A DNA stretch of 64,000 bases from Eledone cirrhosa (GCA_964016885.1 OZ024746.1:39804001-39868000); one strand, 5' to 3'. Counted from the stretch's first letter, positions 29,967 to 44,922 are shown. A program made the numbers and translations. The notes: a model not told the origin generated them from the sequence alone.

Positions 29967-30023
29967 TGTATGTATGTGTGTGTGTGTATATATATATATA
30001 TATACAGATACACACACATACAT

Positions 30024-30077
<54 letters not shown>

Positions 30078-30142
30078 GTATATACATATATGTATACAGA
30101 CGTACAGTAGTATGTATGTATATATACATACATGCACACATA

Positions 30143-30797
30143 TAGTACGGCTGTTACATAAATATAAGTATGTACACGTACATACATATATGTATACAGA
30201 CGTACAGTAGTATGTATATATACATACATGCACACATATATATATATATATATATGTACGTATGGATTCACCGAACATTTATAATGCTCGGTGTGTTTGT
30301 AAACAAACATCCCGTATTAAGCCGTAGTGTCTAGCAACCATCGTTGCTCGTTTGTTCAACACTGACAAAGGAACGCTGAACTTGTTTCAAGCTTATTAGC
30401 TATCGTCAGCAACGTATACCTTCCTGTCAGATTGTTGAACGTCTGAAAGTATATACTTTCCTTATGCATATTAACGGCTGAGTAGCCCAATTTGCATATG
30501 TGTATATATATATATATTATGTATATATATATACACATAAATACACATACAAACACATACAAACGCATACTTATATTTATGTTGAACAAACGAGCAACGA
30601 TGGTTGCTAGACACTACGGCTTAATACGGGATATTTGTTTACAAACACACCGAGCATTATAATAAATGTTCGGTGACTCCATACGTACATATATATATGT
30701 GTGTGCATGTATGTATATATATATACATACTACTGTACGTCTGTATACATATATGTATGTACGTGTACATACTTATATTTAAGTAGCAGCCGTACTA
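30143..30797. repeat. ~215-bp inverted repeat with 220-bp spacer containing an HHR (family H)
   Basis: 30143-30360 is the near reverse complement of 30581-30797. Confidence 0.85.
30373..30415 (-). ncRNA. Minimal type I hammerhead ribozyme
   Basis: Minus strand acgttg-CTGACGA-t agct aata agct t-GAAAC aa GTT-cagcgt. Confidence 0.78.
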
Positions 30798-30831
30798 AGA
30801 GTGGGAAATGAAATTTCGTTTCATCTTTTCC

Positions 30832-30914
<83 letters not shown>

Positions 30915-31049
30915 GTATATATATATACACATAAATACATATACAAACACACACAAACGCATACTTATATTTATATAATAGTTTTATAGTTGCTCTAGTA
31001 TCTGTCGTTTGAACGACCATTAGTACACCTATGACTTGAGCAAGACTCT

Positions 31050-31320
31050 ATACTTCAACCCCCGGCGGCGTGTTTTGTCCTTGAGCAGGACTCTATACTT
31101 CACGTTGCTCCACTCTACTCAGTTAGCCAAAATGTGCTGCACCTCTAATTCAAAGTGCCACCCTTGCCACACACTATGCCACGCTGAATTTCACTGAAAA
31201 TTATGTTAAGTTAAGGGTGCAATTTTTTTGTGAAATGCTCGGCCATTTGCACGTTAATTTCATGAGAAGTGTATCCGGTTGGTCACATAACTGAAACACT
31301 CATCTTCAGAAGCGATGGAG
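31050..31320 (+). mobile_element. Diverged S2 (CORE-type) SINE; related tail at 28730-28905
   Basis: tgtccttgagcaggactctatacttcac and downstream body match the reverse complement of 44620-44850. Confidence 0.7.
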
Positions 31321-31338
31321 CCCCCCCCCCTCCCATTT

Positions 31339-31395
<57 letters not shown>

Positions 31396-32666
31396 TCACA
31401 CTCACACATTTTGTAACTGAGTCCCAGGGCATGCATGATTAACCATAACTATTATGAAAACCATTCCTATTGTGGCCATCGTGTCATGTTTAGGTGTACC
31501 TAGGACTATATTATCTAATGTATCTTTTCCGTTTTCTTTTTTAAGAAGATAACGAGGTGTTATTTCAGTGAAATTTAAAGATGCGTGTGCTATTTCTAAC
31601 AATTTGAGGGACCTGATACCAATACCATGGCACCACATCTCCCCTGTTAGGAATGTAGTAGTGGTATTAGTCGTTATCGTCATCAACTGCCAATGTTGTT
31701 CTTGCTATTGGTATTGTTGGTGGTAGTGATGGTATGGTGGTGGTGGTGGTGGTATTGTCGTTTTCACTATTTTGGTTGTTGCTATTGTTGTTGTCGCTTA
31801 TTCTGTTGTATTGGTCATTGTTGTCACCATCATAGTTGTTGTTCCCAATGATCTAGTGCTTGTGATGGTTGCGGTGATTGCGGAGGTTAGGACTGGCGGT
31901 TGTGATAGTCGGGGTGGTTGGGGGTATTGGCCGTTTTGATCATTATCCTGAATGGTTGTTGTCCTTATTACGACAACTGCTGCTATCACAGCTTTGGCAA
32001 CTTGACAGGCAGACCTCATTAGGTGGCAGCCGTCTCTTATTACACGATGATGATGATCAGGACGAGCTTCAGTGAGTCTACACCATTAAACGGTCATAAA
32101 CATGACAAACTCAGTTTATTTTAAAACTATTTTGCCACCTTAAGTTCTAAAGCAGAGTCTTTCTTCTCTCCCTCTCTCTCTCTCAATTTAACTCGAAACG
32201 CCCAGACATATATTTAACAGCGAAACAAAGCTACATCACCGTATGCCCACTTCGGGATGTAGCTTTACTCGTATTTCACTGAGACATATCACAAGATAGA
32301 TACCCTCTATATTGACTAATAATGTTATTTCAATGCAATTCCACTCAATTTATTGTTATTGTGTCAAAATAGATTGTATACTGAACTAAAGGGAATAAGA
32401 GCAATGGCAAACTATAACATAGACATACTCTTACGATAATCATGATAGAAATATGAATGCATTTATTCTTAATACTTTCATTAATAGCAAATAATTCATT
32501 TTGGCCCTAGTCCAGGTTTAAATGTACCTGGATAACTTCTATGATAACTGATATCTAAAAACAATACCTCTTTCTTGCTGTAAATAACAGTCCTGGATGA
32601 TTTCTTAAATAGACTTGACATCTCCAATAATATTCTGTATTGTTCTCTTTATCTGCAGTACGGAAT

Positions 32667-33074
32667 GGCGATGGGCTGGCAGAATCGGTAGAGCGTCGGA
32701 TGAAATGCATTGCAGTATTTAGTTACAGCCCTCAACATTCTATTTCAAATCCCGTCGAGATAAATTTTGCCCTTCTTCTTTCCGGGGTTAATAAAATTAA
32801 GTACCAGTAAAGTAATGTTTTGATATAACAGGCTTTCCTCTTTCCACAAAATTTATTGACCTTGTGCCTAAATTAGAAACCAAAGGGCGGTGGATTGGCA
32901 GTATCGGTAGAGGGTCGGACGCCATGCTTTCCAGGATAGTTACGTCCCTTTACGATCTGAGTTCAAATCCCGCCGAGGTTGACTTTGCCTTTCATCCTTA
33001 CGGGGTCGATAAAATAAAGTACCAGTAATGCACTGGGTAATTGCTGGCCTTGTGCCTAAAGTAGAAACAATTAT
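32667..33074 (+). mobile_element. Older SINE (32667-32882) followed by young full-length S1 SINE (32885-33074)
   Basis: Head, core and tail motifs occur twice in tandem. Confidence 0.88.
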
Positions 33075-35534
33075 TTTCTGTACGGACCATAAATAAATCA
33101 GAAATATGGTCCCTATCATTGCATACTGTATATAATTCAGTATAACAAGATGCTTCTTCTTATATATTTACGAATGTTAATTGTTGGTTAAGGAATATTT
33201 CAGTTTGACCAGTTTCGTCGTCAGTGAAATAAATATATTCGTTTGAGACCCTCTATTTATGTCTTTTTTTAAAATAATAAATTAAGAGTAATTGGATATA
33301 ATTTATTATTAGCAAAACAAAAAGACATTAATGAAGGCTCACAATCGAATATATTTACAAGCAATTGGACATGTCGTAAAAAACTGAACTTAATTTGAAC
33401 AGTACATGATTTCAAACAAACAAACAATAACAAAATTCATGTAAAACTATTACTGTCTCATTCAGAAAAGAAGTTAATTGATGAAAACACTATCAATATC
33501 AACTAAGACAACAATAAAGTCTCGATAACTTTAGGGTATTAGCAATAAACGTTTGATAATTACTGGCTATGAAATCATCACATTAATCACCTAAGTATTA
33601 AATTAAGCGACGGCAATGAAATCTTGTCTAAATTAAGATTCATTCTGCTTACAAATACATGTATGTGTAGTTTTCGCAATTCTTATAGTGTTTTAATATC
33701 AGCATTAGCTAAAGGTAACTTTCTGTAGACTTTCCTTCTCTATTAGTTTCCAGCGAAATAAAGATACCACAACACTTGCAAACTTTACAATAGTATTTCT
33801 TCTAATCGGTATTTACACATATAATATCATGAACATTTCCTACGTAATGCCAACCTACAGGGAAACTATAGCATCACCGAGTTTTCAGTGACAGGAGACG
33901 GGACTTGAGCTCAGAATAAAAGCAGCCGGAACAAATACCCCCAAAGCACCCGTGCGACTCTGATAATTACGCCAATCCACCACCCTGAATTGGTGCATTA
34001 TTTATCGATCTTAAAAGAATTTGGCCTCGGCAGAATTTGAGCTCAGAGTGCAGAGGGCCGGAATAAATACCGAGGCATTTAATCTGACGCCCTATCGACT
34101 CCGCTAATGTGTCGCCTATACTGCCGCAAAATAGTTATTAATTGTCTCTCTTTGTCTAATAACTGGGCGATCAGTCTTTACTTCACTTGGCTGAATATTC
34201 AAATTTAAAATTAATTGGATTTGGTAGTTCAAATAACAAATTAACTTGATTACTCAGACAGACGCCCGTTTGATAGGAAACAGCGCAGTTAAATGATTTA
34301 AATTTCAATGATACTTTATAAAATATATTTTATGACAGGACAAAGCGGAATAATTTTCAGCTTGTTTACTTCCTCTAGTTTACATGTTTTTAAACTAAAA
34401 TTATTAAAATTTGTTGATTTGATGCCCTCGAAAGTGGTTGCTAAATCGATTTACTTTCCTATATTGTCTTACCAATAAGTTACAACTTGGCGTTTACAAA
34501 CTATGAAAAGACATGGAAACTGCAAAGCTCTTTGTAACATCACAAGTTCTGTTGAATTTTAACTTCTTTTTAAGGATTTTTTTCTTCTCGTGTCTGTTAT
34601 GTCTCATCCAACGTTTCTATTTTTTATTTTACTTTTTCTATTAGATTTTGCATAAAAATATTGACAGTAGATAAATTATCCTATTGTCAATATTTCATTT
34701 CTGGTATATAAAGAAAAAAAAAGGAACATGGTTTCTTTTTCTAAACTTACCAAACTTCTAATCAAATAACTTATCGCGTTTGTCTTTTAGTTATTTTCTT
34801 TCTTCTTTATATTTTGTAAAATGGTGCTCAAAACAGGAGCCTATCGACTAACTGCTTTAAATAAAAATAAAATCTTGGATGTCAAAAGAGACAAGTAACG
34901 TCTGAAGGTGTTAGCTCTGGGAAAAGCTTCTATTAAATCCTATCTCTAAATAAGAGCAGACTTAAAGAAACATTGATTTTTGTTATATATCCGTTGTTGG
35001 TTTTAAGTAATATAGTTTTCTTAGAATTGATTTCATTTTCAAGAGTTTACTTTTATTTGTTGATTTTTAATCAGGTAGAAACTTCATTGCGTTAAAGAAA
35101 TGTGTAGATCCCATCACACTGGTTCACTGGCTCTGTTACGGTGGTCTATCCACCTGAAAATGTGTATATATAAACATGCGAAATGATAGGATTAAATTGG
35201 ATCTGAAAACAAAGCCCAGTATTTAAATGGAGGTTACGTTGCATTGGACAATCTTGTGAAGATGGAATGATTTCAAGAGAAATAGAGCATGATGCTTGTT
35301 GTTGCTTTGTATTATGAGATGTCACACTGAAGAAAACCATAACAACAGGTGCGAAACCAAGGGAAGGATTAGAAAGAAAGATAGATCATACGAAATACTA
35401 AGGTGTCCCACTTTTTGAGGTTTTATTCAACCAAATAAACATGTTTATTTCTTAATATTGATTTCTAGCATATGCACAATGCCTTATATATGAGAGAAGA
35501 GTAAAGTGGATAAAATAACTACCATTACGTGACT

Positions 35535-35646
<112 letters not shown>

Positions 35647-37189
35647 CAGCCCTGGAAGATGTAAAATCAAAGTGAATCTCGACATGACTTGAACTCTGTA
35701 AAGTGTCGTAATAGAAATAGCACAAGGCATTTCATCCAGCGCTCTAATGATACTATCAGTTCACGTCATTGTTTAAATCTTAATATCTAATAAGGTAAAG
35801 GTGTTGTGGTTTGGTGGAAACAGTCGAGTGACGGATAAAATCCTTTGTAGGATTTAGTTACATTACTTTTCGTTCTGAGTTCAAATTCAGCCAAGGCCGA
35901 CATTATTTTCCATCCTTCTGTAAGTGGATAACATATAGTATCGGTCAAGAAAAAGAAAAAGAAAGAATGAGAGTATGTCCCCTCAATCAAGTAACCATGA
36001 CTATTGAGGTTTTCAATTCCCATTTGAAGCTGTTTCATTTCACTAACGCCGTTTGTGACTTTGAGAAAACTATGTAAGTCGCTGCCTCTACTGTTTTGTC
36101 CTATATTTCTGTCTGGGAAGAAAAAAATGTATTTTGTAAGTTGGCGAGTACTGCAGATCAAAATATTAAACTCCTGGCGAGTGGAAACCACAATCTACAT
36201 ATATTGTCAGTTTTACTTCACCTTGGGGAAAGTATTAATGTAACAACTTCCTATTTCTCCTTTCTTTCAAAAGATATGGCCTGAGTACCTAATTGAAAAT
36301 AAATTTACATAAAAAAGGAGGAATCGATCTTATAACACAATATATTCTCTTAGTGAACCTAATCTGATTTCGATTTTCGATATTCATTAATACTCTTAAT
36401 TCCATTTAAAAAAACATGAACGTCAAATGTTCTATAATCATAAATATTCGTGGAAAGATATTTGTATAAAAAAAACATAGTCTTATAAAAATGTGTTAAG
36501 CACTAAATATATTTCAGGTGTGTTAGGTTTGCAAAACAGTTTCATTTTCATTTCACCTCCTTTATGCGAAAAGACATAAATATTTAACAAGGTGACAAGT
36601 AGCGTCCAATAGACGATTCATGGTGGTCGTGTTGTTAAAAGATTTGATTAGCAAGTTATGACGTTTCATGTTCAATCTCTTTGTGTGATACTACATGAAA
36701 GTAATTTTTTTTTTGTTTTTTTTTTCATAACCATTGGAGGACCAAAGCCTGGTGAGTGACATTGATAGATAGAAACTGTGTGGAAATTCATTGGCAGGAG
36801 CATTACTATTTATGGATAGTACGCGTAATTTCTCTTCCAATTTGATACTACCCACTAGCTCTTAGGGTGACTTTAGCAGAATATACACTGTTGCAAGTAT
36901 TAGAACAGATATCCTGTCTGATGATAATGTTCTCCTTCCTTCCCATCAGTCTCAGAATCTTTGAACAGTTCGTGGGTTTTGCTCTTCCGATTCAGACAAA
37001 ACAGAAATTTTTTTTTTTAATTAACCTATATAAGTCACAAGAAAGCGAATAGTCACATTAACACAGTTTCAGACAACTAATCGAGAAATTAAAATTTTGT
37101 ATTTTCATTGCCGCAGTGTTGTGTCTGGTACCAAGGCAAGAAACCTTCAAACTTTCAAAATTTGCGTTCGCTTATTTTATTATTGATTA

Positions 37190-37246
<57 letters not shown>

Positions 37247-37446
37247 TCTGCTAACATCGAAAATTGTGTAAAGATTGACGACTGTTTCCATATTTCAAAG
37301 TGCTATATTCAACTCCTATTATGAACCTAGAGCGGTTAATGGACTAACCAACAACTAGTAGACCTTTATATTATACCAGACCAGTTACAAATAGTCAAAT
37401 CCTACTCAAATGATATCCATATTATCTTAAAATGTGAGAGATACAC

Positions 37447-37646
37447 NNNNNNNNNNNNNNNNNNNNNNNNNNNNNNNNNNNNNNNNNNNNNNNNNNNNNN
37501 NNNNNNNNNNNNNNNNNNNNNNNNNNNNNNNNNNNNNNNNNNNNNNNNNNNNNNNNNNNNNNNNNNNNNNNNNNNNNNNNNNNNNNNNNNNNNNNNNNNN
37601 NNNNNNNNNNNNNNNNNNNNNNNNNNNNNNNNNNNNNNNNNNNNNN
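37447..37646. other. Assembly gap (200 N)
   Basis: Run of N. Confidence 1.
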
Positions 37647-38531
37647 ATCTCTTCAAAAACAAAAAGTGCACATTTCTTTTATCCATTTAAAAATAAAAAC
37701 AATCCCCTTAACTAATGCAATGATGAATTTATTGGCGATCACACGTCATATGGTCGCAGAATGACATATAACAATAATCACTGTATAATTCCATATTTGC
37801 CAGAGGGGTGGTGGCGGGTTGTAAACTTTAAGGAAATATATAACAACCTATTCATTCCACAGTGAATCTGAAAGACGTCTCTTCAATGGGATAAATTTCA
37901 TTGTTGTCATTCATATTTTTTAATGCATCACTATGTTACTGGAGTTCTTAGTAGCACTAGTAGCTCATAATCTCATTCTCTTTCCATACAAATGTATAGC
38001 TATCTCAGGAAATTATCTTAATATTGTATTAATAGATTGTGAAATAGCAAAGTACCAAGTGAAAATAAATGCAATAAAATATCTAGATTTCAAATTTCGG
38101 TGAAGATAACTTTACCTACTACCAAATGCATTACAAACTCATATTGTAAAACATCAAAACATGACCTGGACTTTTCAAACAGAAAATGATATATCCCTCA
38201 TAAAGCTTTCTATGAAAACTAATTCCACCCGTCTCATCTTATAGCTGAAAATCCTTTAAGAATATTCTAAAGCATACAAAACGTTAGAGGGGATAAATTG
38301 TCTCTAAACCATAGGAAAATATAGAAGTTAAGAACCTTATAATGTATAATAGTCACCCCTCACGGTCCGACATGCTGTGATATTGGATGTCATTAATGTA
38401 GTAAATAAAATTTATGTCAAAATGAAAGCTGACAACTCCATAATAATTGTTATATTTGTGTGGCATAAATGATACTTTAGAGATGTCTGCTATGTTTCTT
38501 CCAGATGGGTACATACGAACACATTGTTTTA

Positions 38532-38566
<35 letters not shown>

Positions 38567-38684
38567 AATATATAAGAACAGACTAAAATAAAACTATTTC
38601 AGTCATATTACACCTTAAATAGCTCAAATACTATATAAGCTAAAAACTATAATTTGTAGACCTTTATTTTTCCAAAATTATATA

Positions 38685-38777
<93 letters not shown>

Positions 38778-39177
38778 ATTAAATTGAACTTAAAATTAAT
38801 AGCTTCAAAATTTCAAAAATAACTAAATCATTCTTCACCCTCGTTTAACACAATTCGTACACTGAACCTCCCGGTATAAGGCGGGTGTTATTTCGCGTCT
38901 TACGTTGTCTACTTATTTCTCTGTCTCCAGGAATACGTTCCACTTGTTAGATTATATTTCATAGTCAAAAGCGTGCGTTGAAGCTTTTAACTTTACATTA
39001 AATTCAGTAAAATTCATACCCACTCAACGGTTCTAAAAATAGATCGTTTATATATACATATATAAGACATTATAATCAATTAAAAGCTCAATGGGAATAA
39101 AGTAAAGCAGAAATAATTACACTAAAATACAGCCGTCTTTTCATCTGTACTTCCTCTCATTCTCCCGTCAGGCACTT

Positions 39178-39575
39178 TTTCATCTTCTTCTTCGCCCACA
39201 TATTCCTGGGAGGGTTGTGGGGGCAGAGTCCTAAAAAGCACTCTTTCCAGTAGATCCTGTCAGAAGCAAACGTCTTCAATTGATCCAGCTGCATTCCCAA
39301 GTGAGACCAGCCGAGCTCATGGATGTTATCCAACCATCTTTTTCGTGGTCTACCCCCTGGGTCTCAAACCATCTTGCTCAGAGTCTACTTTTGGGTTTCT
39401 TTTCGCTTGGTTTTGCGCGTAAAATCTTCCCAGCGATTCTTTCCTGAGACATTCTAACCACATGCCCGTAGTATCGGAACTGTGATCTCTCAATTCGGAG
39501 AAATAGCGGCTCTACCTGGAGTGACTCTCTGATCTCTGAACTACGCACTCTATCGACTAACGTTACTCCGTCAGA
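39178..39575 (-). mobile_element. RTE-clade LINE 3' fragment
   Basis: GVTLVDRVRSSEIRESLQVEPL...YYGHVVRM, then GRPRKRWLDNI; (gaa)-like tail. Confidence 0.8.
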
Positions 39576-40300
39576 CTCGCTCACTAAATTCCAACCAACC
39601 AAAACATTATGCTCTCTGATTTATGTTAATTTAACAGAACACAATATTCAATCCTCAACTCAATGTTTCCGTTGTTTACGTCTCTCTTAACAATGTATAC
39701 ATGTAATCGCGCTGAAATGATCCTATCAGTAGATGCTCATTTGTATGTTCACTAAACATCACTTTATATTAGCAGCCCACCCTGAAGGGGGATAATGGCG
39801 GGTCGAAAGTTCAGTTAAAATTCCTGTTTCTCTTGTAACAGTAAAAGTATTATGCCTCTTTTTTTATTTAACCAAACGCTTCGTTGATGAATAACAACAG
39901 CTCAACAATACGTTTTCTTAAATATGGTTACATTTATTAAGGAATGAAAATGTTTACGCTGAACTGTATGAGTGAATATAATTTAACGGTTTATTATTCT
40001 AGACATGAAATGAGTTTATCTAAATATTATTCAGATGGCGTCGAAGTTAAATTTAATATGTCAGTATTACACTTATTCTCGACAAGTGTACGGTTTGTTC
40101 GGTAGTATAATATTTCGGCAAGTTCAAGAGAAAGTATATTTCTCTGAAGAAGCCTTAAAAAAATATGTGACACGCATCCCGAATTGACTACCGTACATAC
40201 TAATAAAAAGATTTTGAACAGAAAATACGCACAAACGCGTATGTGTGTGTGTGTGAGTGTGTGTGTGTGTGTGTGTTTCTGTGTGTCTGTGTGTGTGTCT

Positions 40301-40387
<87 letters not shown>

Positions 40388-40398
40388 TGTGTGTGTGT

Positions 40399-40437
<39 letters not shown>

Positions 40438-40964
40438 TGTCTGTGTGTCTGAGGGGGGGGGGGGGGGTGCAAAAAGTAAACAGAAATAACAAAGCAAACG
40501 ACACAGTACAATGAAGAAATATATTAGTTTCACGTTTGATATAGTAGGAAAAAGTCGACGTGGACGTGTGTTTGTTTCACTCTATGGCTTTCATTATCCT
40601 CTCTGTCGATTGTGGCGGAGAATCTAAATGGTATTTTTAAGGATTTTGCTACTGTTATTTAGTATATGTATGGACATTCACAGTTTCTGGGCAAATATAA
40701 ACGTTTATTTGTGTCATTGGGATAAACGGACGTAAAGGATTTGTTGTTTCCTATATGAATGTTTACATCTAGAAATGGAATAAGGATAGGGATATATTTA
40801 TACTACTGTTATTTATACTATATTTATACTAGGAATGTCACTGTGTAGTTGTTTTCTAGGACCTCCCTCAAATTTTCGGCGACTTCTGATGTGACCATTA
40901 CAATGAGCCTACCATACACATATCTACTCCGTATCATATATATATATAGTCTTAATATAGATGA

Positions 40965-41012
40965 GATTCTACAGGACTAGAACTGTTTCATTCTTTAGAA
41001 ATCATCAGGAAC

Positions 41013-41013
<1 letters not shown>
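40965..41013 (-). ncRNA. Type I hammerhead ribozyme (family F, second copy)
   Basis: Minus strand ggttc-CTGATGA-t ttc taaa gaa t-GAAAC ag ttctagtc ct GTA-gaatc; island 40949-41015 in (TA)n. Confidence 0.8.
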
Positions 41014-41048
<35 letters not shown>

Positions 41049-41837
41049 ATGTAAAAAGTAAATAGCAATAACAAAGCAAACGACAGAGTACATTGAAGAA
41101 ATATATTAGTTTAATGTATGTGTTGTGTGTGTGCGTGTGTGTGTGTGTGTGTGTGCGTGTATGTGTGTGTGTGCGTGTGTGTGTGCGTGTGTGCGTGTGT
41201 GTGTGTGTGTGCGTGTGTGCGTGTGTGCGTGTATGTGTGTGTATGTGTGTGTATGTGTGTGTGCGTGTGTGTGTGTGTGTGCGTGTGTGTGTGTGTGTGC
41301 GTGTGTGTGTGTGTGTGCGTGTGTGTGTAACTGGTAGTAGCACCAATATGAGAACGCGATACACAGGCAAAGTGTATATAATAAGAAAAGCGATGATGTT
41401 TCGTTTACATGTATGTAGGCTTCTATTTTGTATCGACCTCGTCAGACTGGTGATTCCACCAAAAAAAAAATAACTAGCGGATCGATACTGGAGTCTGATC
41501 TATAACTGCCATATGTGACCTTGAGACAATCATCTGCGAAACGTGCGTAATAGGTCGATACACAATAAAAGCCTAAATACATGTAAACGAAACTTCTTCG
41601 TTTTTTCTTATTATATATATGTTGCATGTTATGACTTTATATATTCACACATACATACATACAGACAAATATACAGACAGACAGACAGACATACAGACAG
41701 ACAAACATACTTACAGACAGACAGACAGACATTATTCGCACAGACGCCTACATCAAAGCACATGAATCTTTCTTGGATATGCTTCTCCCTCGCGAACACT
41801 GAATTAATTACTTGTCAAATTCCATATTTCCGTATTT

Positions 41838-41901
<64 letters not shown>

Positions 41902-41987
41902 AGAGAGGGGGAGAGATGGATATATATATATATATGTGTGTGTGGGTAAGTATTTATACATATATATGTGTGTGTGTGTATATGTAT

Positions 41988-42044
<57 letters not shown>

Positions 42045-42094
42045 GTAGGACACCGGTTATGTTTCATTTTGTAAAAAAAACCTCACTTTCTAAT
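42045..42094 (+). mobile_element. Family A tail-only fragment in (TA)n
   Basis: Matches 10962-11013. Confidence 0.8.
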
Positions 42095-42139
42095 ATTTAT
42101 ATATATATAAAATATATATATATATATTATATATATATA

Positions 42140-42183
<44 letters not shown>

Positions 42184-42251
42184 TATATATATATAATATA
42201 TATATAATATATATATATATAATATATATATATATAATATATATATAATAT

Positions 42252-42391
<140 letters not shown>

Positions 42392-42896
42392 TATATATAT
42401 ATATAACAATCAATGTGCACTCAAACAAAACCTTTTACAGAAATGTATGAGCAAATGTTCTATTTTTCCTTTTTTTCTATTTTTTTTTTTTAATTAAAGA
42501 ATCGACAGCATGCAGTTGCTGAACGCAGGGGGTCGATATTTTAATAGAAAACTAAACGACTGGCCTGACCGAAGAGTCTCTAAAGGGAGGATTCAGTTCT
42601 GCTCCAGAGCTTGTACGTAGTAGAAATAGAGTTAATCGAAATTTTTGATAGCGAGATGTCTGGCGAGAAATCTACGAGACTGAAAATATATGTACGAAAC
42701 CATATGGGAATCTCATGATTTAATGAAGACTTTGATGGTGGCTTATAGCCAATGGTCTCTAAAGAGTACTATATATTTGATATGGTTCATATACAGGGTT
42801 TGTCATTTATACTATGAATGATTTAGATAAGTATTTCAATAATTTATTTGCTAAATATAAAATTAGAAAATCAATAAGAGAATATATATATATATC

Positions 42897-43030
42897 AGAT
42901 TCGAGGTGGTAAAGGCCAGTTAAACCATTATTCACCAGAGTACTCGGGTACTTGGAGTAGTAGAGTGAGTAATATGAAAACATTCAGGACCGCCACGGCT
43001 GAGCTCTGGCTGTTTCAATAGCTAGATCCG
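42897..43030 (-). mobile_element. Diverged family B copy
   Basis: caccagagtactc..gtagtagagtgagtaata..acggctgagctc..ctgtttc aligns with 48797-48880. Confidence 0.7.
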
Positions 43031-43474
43031 ACCAACAGCCTGTTCGGATCTAGTTTCTAAAATGGGTCGCTTCACTTCAAAACGCTTCGTTAGTTTGGTG
43101 CCTGTGATGAGAAAGGAAGAGGGGTGGAGCGAGAGGCTAGCAGCCTTAGCTCCATTAATCAAAATTGCTACAGAAACAATGAGCAGACACTTGTCCTGGG
43201 AGCAAGCCCGTGACACAGCTTGCAACCAGGCGGGAGATGGAGATCTCTCGTCCGTCGCCCAATACTCCGTGGGGAATAAAACGTACTAAAGTAGTTTAAA
43301 ACACTCACAAACACATTCCTTAATTTCTTGAATATATTTTCTAAGTGCGTGGGTGGATATATGTATGTTTTAAGTATCTATGCATGCATATATGTATGTA
43401 TGCATGTATGTATGTATATAGGTAAATATTTATGTATGCATGTGTACATATATGTATGTATATAGGTAAATATT

Positions 43475-43510
<36 letters not shown>

Positions 43511-43618
43511 ATTTTTAATGCGATGAAATACCAATGATGGTTGGCAAATCACTGATGAGGGACTAATTTTATAATATGTAATCCATGTGCAACCATACAG
43601 TATTCTTCTCCCCTTGTT

Positions 43619-43662
<44 letters not shown>

Positions 43663-44089
43663 TACATGAACGACACATAAAGCGCATTATAATAACTATA
43701 GAATGGAGGGAGGTATGGGAAACCTCATAAAACAGAACACAATAAACATTGCACGAAACGATAAAATAATAATATACTTACTACAAAAAAACTAAAACTA
43801 AGAATCTTTTTATCAACAACGAAATACAAGCTTGTAAATACGAGAAATTACTAATAGCTATTGTAATTTATAAATTCAATTGGAAATGTGAAACTTCGCG
43901 ACTCCAACATTTATATCAATCATATATATACATATACAACACCCTCCCGCGGTTCAGTTTACACTTACAATAAGGAGAAACTACAATGAACTACAACACC
44001 ACACAGAACAAAACAAAACTAGAGAGAAAAACTTTAGCGGACAATAACCAGATTTTCTCCACAAAAATTAATGGTTGTAAGCAATAACA

Positions 44090-44528
44090 ATTATTTCTAC
44101 TTTTGTAGTATATTACTGGTGCTTTATTTTATCGACCCCGTAAGCAATAATTGTTTCTACGTTAGGCACAAGGCCAGCAAATACCCAGTGCATTACTGGT
44201 ACTTTATTCCATCGACCCCGTAGGGATGAAAAGCAAAGTCAACCTCGGCGGGATTTGAACTCAGATCGTAAAGGGACGTAACTATGCTGGAAAGCATGGC
44301 GTCCGACCCTCTACCGATACTGCCAATCCACCGACCCCGTAAGCAATAATTGTTTCTACTTTTGGCACAAGGCCAGCATTTACCCAGTACACTACTGGTA
44401 CTTTATTTTATCGACCCTGTAAGGATGAAAGGCAAAGTTAACCTCGGCGGGATTTGAACTCAGAATGGCAAGGGCTGTAACTATGCGTCAAAGCATGGCG
44501 TCCAACCCTCTACCGATACTGCCAATTC
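44090..44528 (-). mobile_element. Cluster of three S1 SINEs (one partial, two near full-length)
   Basis: Reverse complement of the S1 consensus at 44090-44142, 44146-44333 and 44345-44528. Confidence 0.9.
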
Positions 44529-44619
44529 AAGCAATAATAATAGTATAGCACAACACTAAACACATGAACAACATAAATTAGTAACTCAGAGGTTAATACT
44601 ATTATAGGAACGGAATAAT

Positions 44620-44922
44620 AGTGGCACTCCGTCGGTTACGACGACGAATGTTCCAGTTAATATGATCAACGAAACATTCTGCTCGCAACATTAATGTGCG
44701 AGTGACTGAGCATTCCACAAACACATCTACCCTTAACTTAGTTCTCGGGGAGATTCAGCGTGACACATAATGTGACAAGGCTGGACCTTCGAATTACAGG
44801 TACAACACATTTTTGAAATGTGAAATAAAGTATCTTGCTCAAAGACACAGCGCGCCGCCAGGAATCGAACTCACGACCTTACAATCATCAGCTGAATTCC
44901 CTAACCACAAAGCCACGCGTCT
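44620..44922 (-). mobile_element. S2 tRNA-derived CORE-type SINE
   Basis: Minus-strand head with gagttcgattcc B box, then tgtgtctttgagcaagatactttatttcac CORE-like block. Confidence 0.78.

Noticed and set aside
31680-32075. Thr-rich mucin-like ORF
   Set aside because: Degenerate (GTT/GGT)n low-complexity sequence with no splice or domain support.
32885-32975. tRNA gene candidates at A/B-box motifs
   Set aside because: These are SINE heads continuing into SINE core and tail; no convincing cloverleaf.
33197-33229. Minus-strand CTGACGA-c-GAAAC tg GTC (similar at 50285-50300)
   Set aside because: No helix II, not in a TA-bounded island; may be chance.
43540-43622. CTGATGA-ggga in a TA-bounded island
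   Set aside because: No downstream GAAA or cleavage triplet found; cannot support an HHR call.
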